DNA of 64,000 nucleotides from Sporopachydermia quercuum (GCA_001599295.1 BCGN01000005.1:806001-870000); one strand, 5' to 3'. Positions 1-12,654 are shown, counted from the stretch's first letter. Notes: a model not told the origin generated them from the letters alone. Made by a program: numbers and translations.

Positions 1-630
<630 letters not shown>

Positions 631-837
631 ATGTGTGCCTGATTATTTTCTTGTATGATGTTATAAATAATGTACGCTGGAATACGATTCTATAAGTTCT
701 ATTTCCTTTTTCAGTAATCTGGTATTGTCACATGTAATGCCTCTNCAGGCAATTGAAAACATTTAATATCAACCTACTGGCAACAATATTGATAAGTTTA
801 TTATAGATAATTTTACTATGTCAGACTGACCTTACCT

Positions 838-2760
838 TTATAATCTTTTATTCTGATTTGTATTGTGATTATCTGGGCGAGCCACTTGTCCGGTTTCTTC
901 ATTCTCATACTCATTTTCATCTTCATCAGCATTGCTAATTGCATTCNCCTCTCCAGGTGGCCCGTCCTTATTGAAAATCTTACCAATAAAAGTTCCAACA
1001 GTTGCACTTCCTCTTCTTACAGCATCAGATATACTACTATTTCCTGGTGCTACATAATCACCATTATCGTTCATCAAATGAGAGACATCTGGTGGTTCTA
1101 GTTCTTGATGAGAAAATAATGAAGGTGTTTGTTGAGGACCAAGAAAAGGTGATATTTCTCCAGCGTTACCCAGGCCTTGTCTTGCTAAAGCAGCAGCCGA
1201 TAAATGTCTGGGGGAATTCAATATTGTTGCAGAGACGGAGCCATAACCATATCTAGGTCCATCACCAGAATACAACGAGTTGACTTCAGTATCTGGTTCA
1301 GAAATACCAGTGAAATTGGTATGATGATCTCTATTATAAGCTGAAACTGATGAGTATATTGAAGCAGCAGAATCATCTCCAAATACAGAATCCATATCTT
1401 CTAATTTTAAACCAGCAGTTTCAGGGTAAGTGAAGTAAACAACAAAGAATGATAGTAAACAAAACCCTGCATGCATGATATATAAATGGTAACGAATAGC
1501 TTCTTGTAAAACAGGTGTAACTTCTCCAACAATCCAGTTGAAAGCCCAATTAGCGGCTGTTGATAATGAGGCACCTTTTGCTCTTATTGATAACGGTAAG
1601 ATTTCAGGAGGATATAACCATGGGATTGGACCCCAAGAATAACCAAAAAATGCGTTATAAACAACAACAAGAAACACAACCATTCCAGGAGTTGCTGAGT
1701 TATTCAAAAACATAAAATATGCAATAAGAGATAATGATACAGACATTACTAAAGCACCAGATAATAAAATAGGTCGTCTTCCCCAATGGTCAACTAAATA
1801 CCAAGGTGGAATAGTGCTCGCAATATAAACTATTCCATTAATACCTGTCATTAGGATCGCATCTCTACCTTTCCAACCTGCTTGTTCAAAGACAAGTGGA
1901 GCGTAATAAGATATAACATTAATACCATTTAATTGGGCTAACGCTTGAGAAGACATAGCAATCAATACTCTTTTCTTATATTTTCTCCACATATAAGTGT
2001 ACGATCTTTCCCCTTCAATTCTATGTAACAGAACACCTTCTTTAATGTTTTTATACTCCTTTCTAGCCGCAGGGCTGAATACATTTCCTTCTGCGTATAA
2101 AGCAGCAATGACCAAAATGCCTTCTTCATCATGATCATTATCTAACAACCATCTAGGAGTCTCACAAATAACAAAAGATCCCGAAAATAATAGGAACCCC
2201 ATTAAGCATTGCAAGAACAATGGAATACGCCAAGAGGAGTTTGATTCCATAAATGAACAAAAATAATCAACCCAAACGGATGATGCATATCCAACAATAT
2301 TGCCAGTGAATTCTATACAGGCAAGTTTACCTCTATTATGAGGAGGAGAAATCTCAGACTGAAATATTGGCACGATAGTACTAAGCATACCAACTCCCAC
2401 ACCAGAAACAATTCTTCCCAAAATCAAATGCTTCATTTTCAATGAAAATGTTTGTAGAAGACCTCCAACCACAAATATAAATGCTCCATAACGAATTGTA
2501 CGTCTTCTACCAATTATATCCCCCAATCTTCCTACTACTAATGATGATACAAATGCTCCCACTTCTAAGATGGCTACCATTGTGCCGATAACAGCTTTAG
2601 ACGGATCATTGAAATACTTTTTGAAGTAAGGACCAGTAATGATACCAGACATCACACCTTGATCATAACCAAAGAGGAAGACACCTAATGATACAAATAT
2701 GCTAGTAAAATATAGCAACGACTTGCCCTTCAAGGCAGTCGTAGAGTCGGACTTTGCCAT
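838..2760 (-). CDS. MFS sugar porter family transporter (YDL199C-like), ~640 aa
   Basis: Motifs LFGYDQGVMSG, DIIGRR, SEISPPHNRG, ETPRWL, QLNGIN, WGPIPW, PEILPLSIRAKG and YPETAG. ATG placed at 2760 (MAKSDS); the longer ORF-track extension is a simple repeat. Convergent with TRM8, as YDL199C is with YDL201W in S. cerevisiae (recalled). Confidence 0.9.
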   Translation of the reverse strand: MAKSDSTTALKGKSLLYFTSIFVSLGVFLFGYDQGVMSGIITGPYFKKYFNDPSKAVIGTMVAILEVGAFVSSLVVGRLGDIIGRRRTIRYGAFIFVVGGLLQTFSLKMKHLILGRIVSGVGVGMLSTIVPIFQSEISPPHNRGKLACIEFTGNIVGYASSVWVDYFCSFMESNSSWRIPLFLQCLMGFLLFSGSFVICETPRWLLDNDHDEEGILVIAALYAEGNVFSPAARKEYKNIKEGVLLHRIEGERSYTYMWRKYKKRVLIAMSSQALAQLNGINVISYYAPLVFEQAGWKGRDAILMTGINGIVYIASTIPPWYLVDHWGRRPILLSGALVMSVSLSLIAYFMFLNNSATPGMVVFLVVVYNAFFGYSWGPIPWLYPPEILPLSIRAKGASLSTAANWAFNWIVGEVTPVLQEAIRYHLYIMHAGFCLLSFFVVYFTYPETAGLKLEDMDSVFGDDSAASIYSSVSAYNRDHHTNFTGISEPDTEVNSLYSGDGPRYGYGSVSATILNSPRHLSAAALARQGLGNAGEISPFLGPQQTPSLFSHQELEPPDVSHLMNDNGDYVAPGNSSISDAVRRGSATVGTFIGKIFNKDGPPGEXNAISNADEDENEYENEETGQVARPDNHNTNQNKRL

Positions 2761-2790
2761 ACTAGCCAAATGAGCTTTAGGCCTGTGCTG

Positions 2791-2830
2791 GCAGTAGCAA
2801 CAGTAGCAGTAGTAGCAGCAATAAGCAGCT
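2791..2830. repeat. imperfect (CAG/TAG)n trinucleotide repeat in the 5' leader of the sugar transporter
   Basis: Sequence gcagtagcaacagtagcagtagtagcagcaataagcagc; it produces the spurious YCCYYCYCC N-terminal extension. Confidence 0.7.
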
Positions 2831-4280
2831 AGCGATTTAGTAAACAATGACCAGAACTGTAGTAAGATAACTAAACTGTTCTTATGTGGTTTGAATCATA
2901 TGAGTATACTTCTCGTAGAGTTTATAAGTACCATTTAGCAAAATCAAGATGTAGCTTGATTTCTATAGATTTGAACACCAAATTTCTTGAGAATCAATGT
3001 TTTGCTATATGTACTGTTGTATTGTATGATTTCAAGGAAGAGAATCTCAGATAACGATGAGATGCAAGAAAGATAGTGCGCTAAAGGATTATGATGATGT
3101 GATCATTAAATAATTTGTGCTGGAGAGGATTTAAGCTTATGTACGATTATGTATGATGATGTTACTTACCAGCAAAACTTCATTCGGAGGGTGCAAGATC
3201 TTTGATGTTAATTATACATATAATATAATGCCTTGTTTGAGCTGATGCAGGTGGAATTCATATTCATACAGTTGAAAATTTTCTGCTTTTCTCTTTCTCT
3301 TTCGTTTTTTATTTTAATTTTAGTTCTAAATCTTGAGCGTGTTGCATATTCATTGTGACTCTTGCTGCGAATTTCGACTATTGTTTGATTTTGTTATGAC
3401 GCAATGGTTCACAGCCAAAAACTTCATTAAATCATACTAACCTAATTCAATCCTTGATGAGTATAGGTGAGCCAGAGCTTTTGGCTAAGAATAGGTTGTT
3501 CTTCCGATAGAGATTATTACTACTGAACTCTCCTTATATTTTGAGAGATTGTTAGTGAACATTTCAAATTCACGAAGGTACTGTAGATTATCAATTGAAT
3601 TATAGTTAATAATGATAAGGAAGTGCAGCCATCAAAACTACTAATTAAGGTTAAACAAATACCTAATTAAAATATAACTATAATTATGAACTATAACTTT
3701 AATTGTAAATTGACCCGAGACGTCGAATTATTGATATTTCTTTCTCAATCAGGACGTAGATACTAACATATAAAGCAGGGGAAGTGATACAGAATTGCAA
3801 AAATAAGTAATGGTATGAAGAACGTACATTTGATTTTGTTTACAAAAAGCATGTACTCAGAGAACTGAAGAAAGCTTGAAGAATAATAGCCAGGAACAGC
3901 AGTAAGGAACCAACTTTAAGAGATGGCTCTGTATATGCTGAAACTTGTCGCTTTTCAGTAGAAACGTGAGCATAAACATGTCGATTTTAGTAAAACTTAT
4001 ACGAGTTTTTGAATATCATAACACATCCTTCGCTGAGTTAGAATGAGCAAACTAGCCTACCTATAATATAATTAAACTCTCACTTTAATAAGGATAAACT
4101 TTGAGATTTACTAAACCTAAAGCTAACCTTCAGATTTCAACTTCCTTTTATGTCGATTACGTAAAATCTAGTCAAAGATAACATAAACTGGTTCCTGAAA
4201 TTCGGCTACTGAATTACTCTCGACACTCCTTTTCTTTACTTTTATCATCCAAATGTACATGCAAGATGCCTTTATTTCGT

Positions 4281-7241
4281 TTATTTATTATACTCTTCTA
4301 TAACTGACTTAATAGGTTTGAAAGCTAAATCTGTAAGATGCCTCTCTTCGAATCCAAAACCCTCAGGTCCTCCAATTTTTAACCCATTTTCACTAGACCA
4401 TAAAGGATTACTACAGATGATAATAACATCAACCCTTAATCCAAATCTGTATTCGCTAGTACCTAAAGCACTACCAGATTCTGCATCAAGAACCGTAATA
4501 ATGTCAGGAACAATAGCTTTTAATTGACCATTTTCATCAATTGCTATCAGATTTTCATTCTGAAATTTAATATCCAGCACACCTTTTCCGTTGACACTGG
4601 AAACTATCCTGACAGAACCAACAGTAAATGAACCTTCAACTGTTCTGGTTACTTCATAGATCTTACCACTGAAGAGATATTTGCCATTCTGCTCTAACAA
4701 AATAGCATCAATAGCTGAACTAGTTTTCAAACATCTCGCTTGATAAATAGCTCTTCCAATTCTCCATGATTGAGAAATTGATCCTTGGATTAAAACTTTA
4801 GTCAACTCATCTTTATCATACATTCTTAATGCAATAGCACCAGAATTACCAATTAGTCCACATTTCTTTCTAAACTCATTTTCAACTGTAACATTACTAT
4901 CACAGTCCTGAATAGTCTCAACGTGACCTTTGGCATCAGCTAAAACAGCAGGATGTAACGGAATATTATATATTTCCGGTGTTACTTGATACAGATGTGG
5001 ATAAGCTCTGCCCATCAAATCTCCATCAAGAACGTTCATTCCTGAATCAGCGCTAGCTATTAAACCTCTCATACCATTTGAGCCTCCAATCTCTGCACTC
5101 AGTATGCAAGTTGGTTCTTTCCCCATAAGTTTTGATGAAATTTTACTGCCCATGTTTATTTCTTCTCCTGATGGTAATCTTTCAATCAGAACGCTTGGTG
5201 ATCCCATGAAACCGACAGGTAACGCTGAATCATTACCTGATAAATAATTTAAATCCACTACATTAATCTCTTTCCCTTCTAGTAATTTTTGACGTGCTGC
5301 TAATAAAGATGTATATGTCGATCCTCCACCCCCAGCTCCAAGAACTAATGCGCCTTCTGCAATAAGCATCAGATCAATCTCACTAACTTTCCAAACGCCA
5401 TCCTTTACAGCTGGTTTATACTGTGGCAGATCAGCCGTTATGTCTTTTTTATAAACAAGAAGGTTCCTGACATTACTTGGTGTTTCTGATTTATAACTTT
5501 TGATGGTATCTTTAGACGTTGAGTTCTCATAGTTGTTGGGAANAGCACGCTCGTAACTAGATTCAACGTTTGACGTATTGCCATTACTGTCAGCTAAGTC
5601 TCCTATTGCTTTGATAATAACTCTTATTGTGGGATTAGTAGAGTAGGAGATAGGAATTACATCTTTTTCAATGATTTGAACAGATGATTCTATTGCTCCA
5701 GCTAAAATAACATCTTTTCGCACCTGGGTTTCTGTTTCTTTCTCTATAACTTTGATTTCGCTCTTATTTGCAATTTCCTTTGTAATATCCGCGACACAGC
5801 TTATTTTTGATAAAGCTGCTCCGACAGCATTTGCAGCATTGTTCATAGCAGGCCTTATAATGTTCCTTATACCCGGAATTCCACTATCATTAGCAACAAT
5901 TATTGATCCTCCTCCAACAAGTATAACATCAATAGGAGCACTAGATGGTTTCATCTTTTCAAGTACGGACTGCAGTCTATCTTTGATTTCAGTCATCGCT
6001 TTTAAAATAACATCTTCTGGTACATCATTTATAACAGGATTTTTATCAAACTCAACTAATGATAGCTTATAGGCAATATCTGTTGCAGTTAAAATACTGC
6101 CACCAAACACTTTTGCTTCAGTAGTCAAATATTTTCCTACAGATGCTGGACCTACTGTGACATCACCATTGGGAAGGCACCTCACTTTAGATCCACCGCC
6201 TAAACCAATACTTACAACGTCAGGCATAGTAAAGTTTGTTCGCACATCGCCAACCTCAACATATGCAGCTGCTTGCTTGGGGAAACCACTAGGTAGTAAC
6301 AAACAAACATCAGAAGTGGTACCGCCAATGTCAATTACTAGTGAGGGTTCAGTATTTCCCGACCATTTACCACTTAAAAATGCTGCACCACGCACGGAAT
6401 TTGTTGGACCAGACATAAAAGNTTTCACTGGATGACTCCCAGCATCCCTGCTATTAATGAGAGTTCCATCATTAGATGTTAGGTATAAATCTGTTGATGA
6501 GCCAAGAGTATCATTCACAGCAGTCTGAAACTCATTGATAATTCGCCGAGCGTATTTCAATAACGATGCGTTTAATATTGTTGCATTTTCTCTTTCCAGA
6601 TAACCAACTTGACCAATTGATGATGAACATATTACTTCAAGATTAGGAATTGATTTGAGTAGTATATCGCGGACGTAATATTCCTGTGATTTATTCACTG
6701 GAGAATAGATTCCTGTAATTGCCACGGTTGATATTTCATTCCCAATTAAATATTGAATCAATTCAGTTATTTCTTCATTGACTACTGGCGTTATTTCTTT
6801 TCCATCGATTTCGTAGCCTCCTGATAAGTGAAAAGTACCTGCATTGATTACTTTAGCTAATTCTTCTGGCCAATCAGCAAAAGGACAAACCTCTCTTCCA
6901 TATGGTCCACATAACCTTACAACAGCTACTTTTTCAAGTCGTAAAGCGTCCCTTTCAACAATTGCATTAATAAAGTGTGTAGTACCAATATTAACTGATA
7001 AGATATCTAATGGATTGATTTTTGATGATTCCAGTAAACCTTTGAGTACTTTTACGATTGAGTTAGTTATTGGGATTTCTGTTGTTTCCTTAACAGCTCT
7101 AACAACAACAGTGCTTGTAAGTGATGCTGGTGATAACTCTTCTGATCCTTTCAATATTTTATTATAAGTCGATACATTGACAATCACGCCATCGGTATTA
7201 GTGCCTCCAACATCAATACCAATTCTGTACTTATCAGTCAT
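4281..7241 (-). CDS. Hydantoinase A/oxoprolinase family protein fused to a C-terminal DUF917 domain
   Basis: N-terminal IGIDVGGTNTD, IGTTHFINA, LERENATILNA, SGPTNS, DIGGTTSD, SIGLGGGS and ANAVGAA. C-terminal GALVLGAGGGG, GFMGSP, EIGGSNG, DGDLMGRAYP, FQNENL and VPDIITVLD (DUF917). Confidence 0.9.
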   Translation of the reverse strand: MTDKYRIGIDVGGTNTDGVIVNVSTYNKILKGSEELSPASLTSTVVVRAVKETTEIPITNSIVKVLKGLLESSKINPLDILSVNIGTTHFINAIVERDALRLEKVAVVRLCGPYGREVCPFADWPEELAKVINAGTFHLSGGYEIDGKEITPVVNEEITELIQYLIGNEISTVAITGIYSPVNKSQEYYVRDILLKSIPNLEVICSSSIGQVGYLERENATILNASLLKYARRIINEFQTAVNDTLGSSTDLYLTSNDGTLINSRDAGSHPVKXFMSGPTNSVRGAAFLSGKWSGNTEPSLVIDIGGTTSDVCLLLPSGFPKQAAAYVEVGDVRTNFTMPDVVSIGLGGGSKVRCLPNGDVTVGPASVGKYLTTEAKVFGGSILTATDIAYKLSLVEFDKNPVINDVPEDVILKAMTEIKDRLQSVLEKMKPSSAPIDVILVGGGSIIVANDSGIPGIRNIIRPAMNNAANAVGAALSKISCVADITKEIANKSEIKVIEKETETQVRKDVILAGAIESSVQIIEKDVIPISYSTNPTIRVIIKAIGDLADSNGNTSNVESSYERAXPNNYENSTSKDTIKSYKSETPSNVRNLLVYKKDITADLPQYKPAVKDGVWKVSEIDLMLIAEGALVLGAGGGGSTYTSLLAARQKLLEGKEINVVDLNYLSGNDSALPVGFMGSPSVLIERLPSGEEINMGSKISSKLMGKEPTCILSAEIGGSNGMRGLIASADSGMNVLDGDLMGRAYPHLYQVTPEIYNIPLHPAVLADAKGHVETIQDCDSNVTVENEFRKKCGLIGNSGAIALRMYDKDELTKVLIQGSISQSWRIGRAIYQARCLKTSSAIDAILLEQNGKYLFSGKIYEVTRTVEGSFTVGSVRIVSSVNGKGVLDIKFQNENLIAIDENGQLKAIVPDIITVLDAESGSALGTSEYRFGLRVDVIIICSNPLWSSENGLKIGGPEGFGFEERHLTDLAFKPIKSVIEEYNK

Positions 7242-10200
7242 TGTAGAGGAATTTGTTGTATCTCCCGAGATGAACGCAGGTGCTTAGCTGGTAATATTGT
7301 TACNAGGTTTGAGGACGTCCAGTGTTCTCTCGAACTTAGATATATAACGAATGATAGTATAACAAGATTTAAGAGATAGTGTGATGGGATTAGTGTATTG
7401 GATTGTTATTAAATAAGAATAGGCCAAAGGAGAGCGTATATAAGAGAGATGATTAGTACAGACATGTGAAAATTTGAAGATGCAGATTGATACAGAATTC
7501 ACATTTATGAGGGAATTAAGTTCAGCTTTCAAGTTGAGTGAAGCATAGCTCTTGACTTCGAGTTAAGTCCGATCGTGCAAAGTGGATCAGAACATCCGGA
7601 GAGGGAGTGGTGATATAGGCTAGAAAAGAGTATAATGTATGAGAGATCAAAAGAATATTCCAAATTTCCTTTATTGGAAAGCCAAGGGGTACATTCTTGG
7701 TTAAACTAATAAAGGCCGTAAATTCTCAATCTTGTTTGTTCTAATGACGGACTTATAGCTCAAAGAACGCAATGAAAATAAGCTCAACAAGACAACATTT
7801 AGGGTTTATCCTTAAAGTTCAATCAGAAATAAACCTTATTGTGACTTAACGAATAGAGGAGAAGAAATTGATGCATAGTCTCTAATTCGTAAACACTCTT
7901 CTACTTCAAAATATAACAATAGGACTATGAAATACAATAGCCTTGGAAAATGTACATTTTCAATGAGAAGTTCTAAACTAGCAAGGATGGTAAATATTTA
8001 TTTTTTTTGCTCTAACATATCTATGCAGAACCTACTGGATTGAAAACGGCTTAGGCGTATAACCAATAATTGAACTCAGATCATCTTGATTCTTCTCTAT
8101 GGACACTCTCTGAATGGTTTGGTATTACTCATCTCTAACTATCTGTATTTATTAATATACCAAGGAGAATACCCTACTAAGTTTTGGTTAAGGTTACTAG
8201 CTGCTCAAACTATATAATACGGGGTAAGACCTATTGATCAAACTGAGAGAATGAGAGAATGTCTAAATTGTGAACAACAGAGGAACTATTGATCCTCTGA
8301 TCAATGACTAGTTTGATTATTGTTCTTATCAAAGAGAAACAAAGTATTCTACAACTATCTATAACAAATATCAAATAGACTGCTAGTTCTCCTGCCAGTT
8401 CGCACCAGCGAAACAACAGATAAAACTAACTGCCACTACCTCGTAAGAACAAGCAGTTGTCTTACATCATATGATACTAGTAACACAATGTACACTCATA
8501 ATCAGCAATTGTTGTTATGATAAAATATTAGACTATAATGAGCTTGATAGAGAATAGAACAATAATTGGACCTACTCTGACTTTATTCAACCTTGTAGTT
8601 TTGGTAAACAGAACTCAACCTGACGTGATTTCGCCTTGTCTTTTCACTATTGTAAACCAATCTTCATTAACCAAGATCCNAAAAAACTAATTATTTATTC
8701 ATTTGATTAAATCAGTATAAGATTAATTCAAGCAAATGGAATAACGACAGCAAATTTTCAATATATAAGGATTACCAAATAGGATTTTGAGCCTGTCTGA
8801 GTTCAGGCTGGCAGAAATTGCCTTAGCTTTGAATAGTAGTATTCATTTTCTTATTTCATTATTCTCAACAGGTTGAAATTATTTCAAAAAACAACTAAAC
8901 AAGATTAATCTGTTATATACAAATGGTAATCATCTATCGGAGGAATCCTTTTATCTTCTCAAAGGTAATAAGTCAACCAAGAAACCTGTTAACAAAAGTG
9001 ATAATATAATTCTTGATAGATACTACAATTTCATATATACTAAAACTACCCTAAGATTTTGAATTGACTGATATTTCTACAGAATTCGGTCTAAATTTTG
9101 TATAAAGCTAGACCAATACAAATCACTCGAGTTTCGCCCTTCATAAAGAGAAATCCATATTCTTTTTCTGAGGAGGCAAATAATGAAGTGTGGAAGGTTT
9201 TATGATTGGATCCCCAAATTATGAAAGCACTAGTTGCTTAGTTTGTTTAAAAGTTGGAATAATCAGTTGATTTCAAAGAGGAAAGTTCTGCCTAGAAGTT
9301 GCCGTATTATTTTGCTCAAAATATATTTTGAACTTTCAAACATTGTCTAAATCTACTCTTAAATTGCAGTAACCATTAATAGTGCTAAGTGTCAATCAGA
9401 GTATTTCCATATTTCAACTTCTAGTACACCTATCTTACCAACTCAATTACCAAATTCATAATTATTGATTAAGATAAGACTATTATGATTGAATATCATT
9501 AGTTGACTGAATATGGTAATAATATCGCCAGAATTGTAATTTTCTTCAGAGAATTCTTGACTTCTAAAAACCTACAAACCTCTTAATACACCATTCGAGA
9601 TTGATGTACATGTTCATAATGTTTTAGACAGTGAAACCAATGAATGTAATAGCTTATGTTAACAATGCGATTTTATACATACTTACAGCTGAAGCCCGTT
9701 TTGAAGTTTTGACGTAGAGGAGAGTACTTCTGGAAATAGAGGTATTCGACTCAGTTACGGCAGTAAGAGTATCTACGGTGTGCTACATAGCATGGTAACA
9801 GAGTGATCTCTATTAGTAGNTATTAACTCACTTTAAAATGTCCAATAAAAGGAACTACTGTAAATAATGCCTTGCTATATTTAGTTGTCAAATATATGGA
9901 AAAAGACAATCGCTATGAATAAACTTTTCTGATAATGACGGTTCTCTTTCCCTTTATAGACATTTCATCAACGAAAGATCGGCGTTAATAAAGTTTGAAG
10001 CTTAAAGTAAAAGAAAACTAAGTTCAACACATACTGTTCGTAATTTCATTAGTTATATATAAATCTACGATGTAACCAGGGTTCCATAGTTAGTTCTATC
10101 ATGCAACTCTGCTTAGGATTAGAAAAGATTTTTCTACCAAGAGCTTAAGAGGAGTATTTAATCAGCAGTTGGCATCCAAATAGGACTTATTAAAACGTAG

Positions 10201-11233
10201 GATCCCCCTATTAGGCTCTTCAGTTACGAGTTGAAACTTTTGGTCCTTCCTAATATTTCCTCGAACGCCCAGTATCTGAATTAGTAATAATATTTCTAAG
10301 ACAATATGTATGTCTCCTACATATTTGATGTTCAGTATATTTGACCGGTGCATGCTCTTCAGTTCTGTATGTTACTTTTACCAGTCGGAGTTGTAAACTT
10401 CAAACCATATTTTGCTTTGCTGCAGAACCTTATTCTCCGAAACTAAAATCTTAAGCTCGTCCTCATTATCCACCATTCGTTTTTGTTTCTCTGTTCAGTT
10501 CACGAAACGGATATTAATTAAAAGAACCTTTATCGCTGGGTAACGATTGAAACAGGGCTTCCTATAAAACTAATAAGTTTCTTCTACATTTCTACTATGT
10601 GTAAAGTATATAAAGGTTGTCATTTGTTATTTGTTTTCTGTTAAAAAAAAAAAGTGAGAAATTAGTGATTGTTTGTATTTATTGCTTTTCTTTTCTTTTC
10701 TTTTCTTTTGATTTCAATTTTTTTTTTTTTGGATAGTTTGGATTGAGTATTGCTTGGTACTTCCTTTCTGAATTATTTAAACCAAAGTCGAGTCAAAATA
10801 TTGCTGAGCATAACAGAGTAGTACGTATATTTGATAATGCGTTACCGTTTAGTGTAACATGATGCAAAATGATGTTTATGTATAAGGTTGGTACTGTTGA
10901 GTGTGGGAATCGGGCTATACTGCAGATGTTAAACTGAAGAAAAGCTGAGGTTAGTTTTACCTGGGCAGTTTGTAGATGCTACAATTAGTATGATGAATTG
11001 ACTGATCAAATGAAAGGAAAAGAAAAAAAGCTTAGAGAAGATGATATCGTGTTTTTGATGTTTTGATGTTTGATAAAGAATAAGCAAGTGGTGGAGGAAG
11101 TAATGAAATACAGCTAATCATTAACTGTCCAACAAATCATTCTCTTTTTCAGTTATCAACATACATATCTCAACTGATGCGTAAAAATAGGAAGGATAGC
11201 AGGAATTAATACTCTTTGTCTCTAACTACAAAT

Positions 11234-11254
11234 TACTAACAAATCTTTTTCCAG
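11234..11254 (+). other. branch point and 3' splice site of a probable 5'-UTR intron of the thioredoxin gene
   Basis: TACTAAC (11234-11240), a pyrimidine tract and CAG (11252-11254), 69 nt before the ATG. The donor is not securely identified. Confidence 0.55.
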
Positions 11255-11323
11255 TCTCATCTTCATAAATTCGGGCTCATTCTTTGTCCTCAAGCTATCG
11301 TCATAAACATCTAATATTGCGAA

Positions 11324-11800
11324 ATGTCATCTCTGATAAAGGAAATAGAAACATTAGAAGAATTCAACCGAATAATTTCAAAGAAAGATAATTATCCTAC
11401 TGATGAAATAATAATACTGGATTACTATTCTCCAGTATGTGCACCATGCAAGGTGATTGCTCCAATTTATGAGAAATTGGCTCAAAACTATCCTGCTATT
11501 ACATGCTACAAGGTATGTATTTTTAAATTACTCACGTCAATAGAGAATCTGAGAGAGAGCGAGAGGGAGAAATGCTTGATCATTAGAAGTGAATGAAATA
11601 TTTTATTGACTAAACAAAAAACATAGGTCAACGGATTGGATGAACCAGGAACAACAATGCAGAAACAATTAGATGTTGTATGGTGGCCTACTTTTGTTAT
11701 CCTGAAGAATGGTGAAGAGAAATACAGAGTAAAGATCCCAAATCCTCCTGTTTTATCTCTTATGGATATTTTGGAAGCAGAGTTGAAAAAGGTACTATAG
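11324..11800 (+). CDS. Thioredoxin-like protein, 120 aa, two exons (11324-11512, 11627-11800)
   Basis: ILDYYSPVCAPCKVIAPIYEKLA. GTATGT donor at 11513 and TAG acceptor at 11626. Splicing restores YKVN...VVWWPTFVILKNGEE, with the cis-Pro loop and FxxxKNG of the Trx fold. Confidence 0.88.
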
Positions 11801-12654
11801 TATTAGATACTTTCAAATTTTTGCAACGGTCATTCATCATTAGTACCACACTTCTCTTACCTCCTATTGCATTCATCAGACCACTGGAACTATTATTCCC
11901 TTTAGGCTCGTTTAGTACGGTTCATAGGAATAGACCGCGGTTTCTTATAACCCCCATACAAAATAATTACTCAATTAGTAGAAATGTGCTCCGTTAATCA
12001 AATTATGTACCCATATATTCCTATGTCCGATATCATATTCATGATCCAATGAAATACTGGAAAGACCTCTGTCATCAATCATAAATACTTGAAGCACATC
12101 ATTATGAAATGTCATCATATAGTCAGTCCTTTATCATTGCTTTATTATGTTATTATTAACACATAGTTTGAATTTTCCGTTCAAACAATTACATTAACTT
12201 TCTTTCTCTTTCTTTGTTCTCAAGCTATACCCGATAAGGCATCGCATCAGCAGCGAGCATCGCATACTTACATGAATCAATCAATTCATTACAAATATGC
12301 CCTAACAAAACGGGTAATACTAGTTGGATGACGTGATCAGAATTCAAAAAAGAATTGAGACAGAACGGAGGGGAAGGGGAGAGATAATAGAATATGCAAG
12401 GAGACCTATGTTAAATGCTTTCTTCAGCAATACCAAAGGCAAGTTCTGCTGTTTGTCTTATCAGATGAATAATACTAGTAGTCTTGATGGGTTATCCCGA
12501 TCTAATTATATTTAGATTGATTGGAAATCATTTTTGAGTCTCACAATAGATATAAAGTTATTTTTTTTTGTTGTTCGGGATTATTTTGAGAGATTTTATG
12601 TAAACGTAGTTGGATCGAAATCAATCAATGTTATGTTGATAATACAATGCAATT

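Noticed and set aside
3478..3503. CTTTTGGCTAAGA...TGTTCTT resembling the U2 snRNA 5' region
   Set aside because: It lacks the GTAGTA branch-recognition sequence and the rest of U2; probably a chance match.
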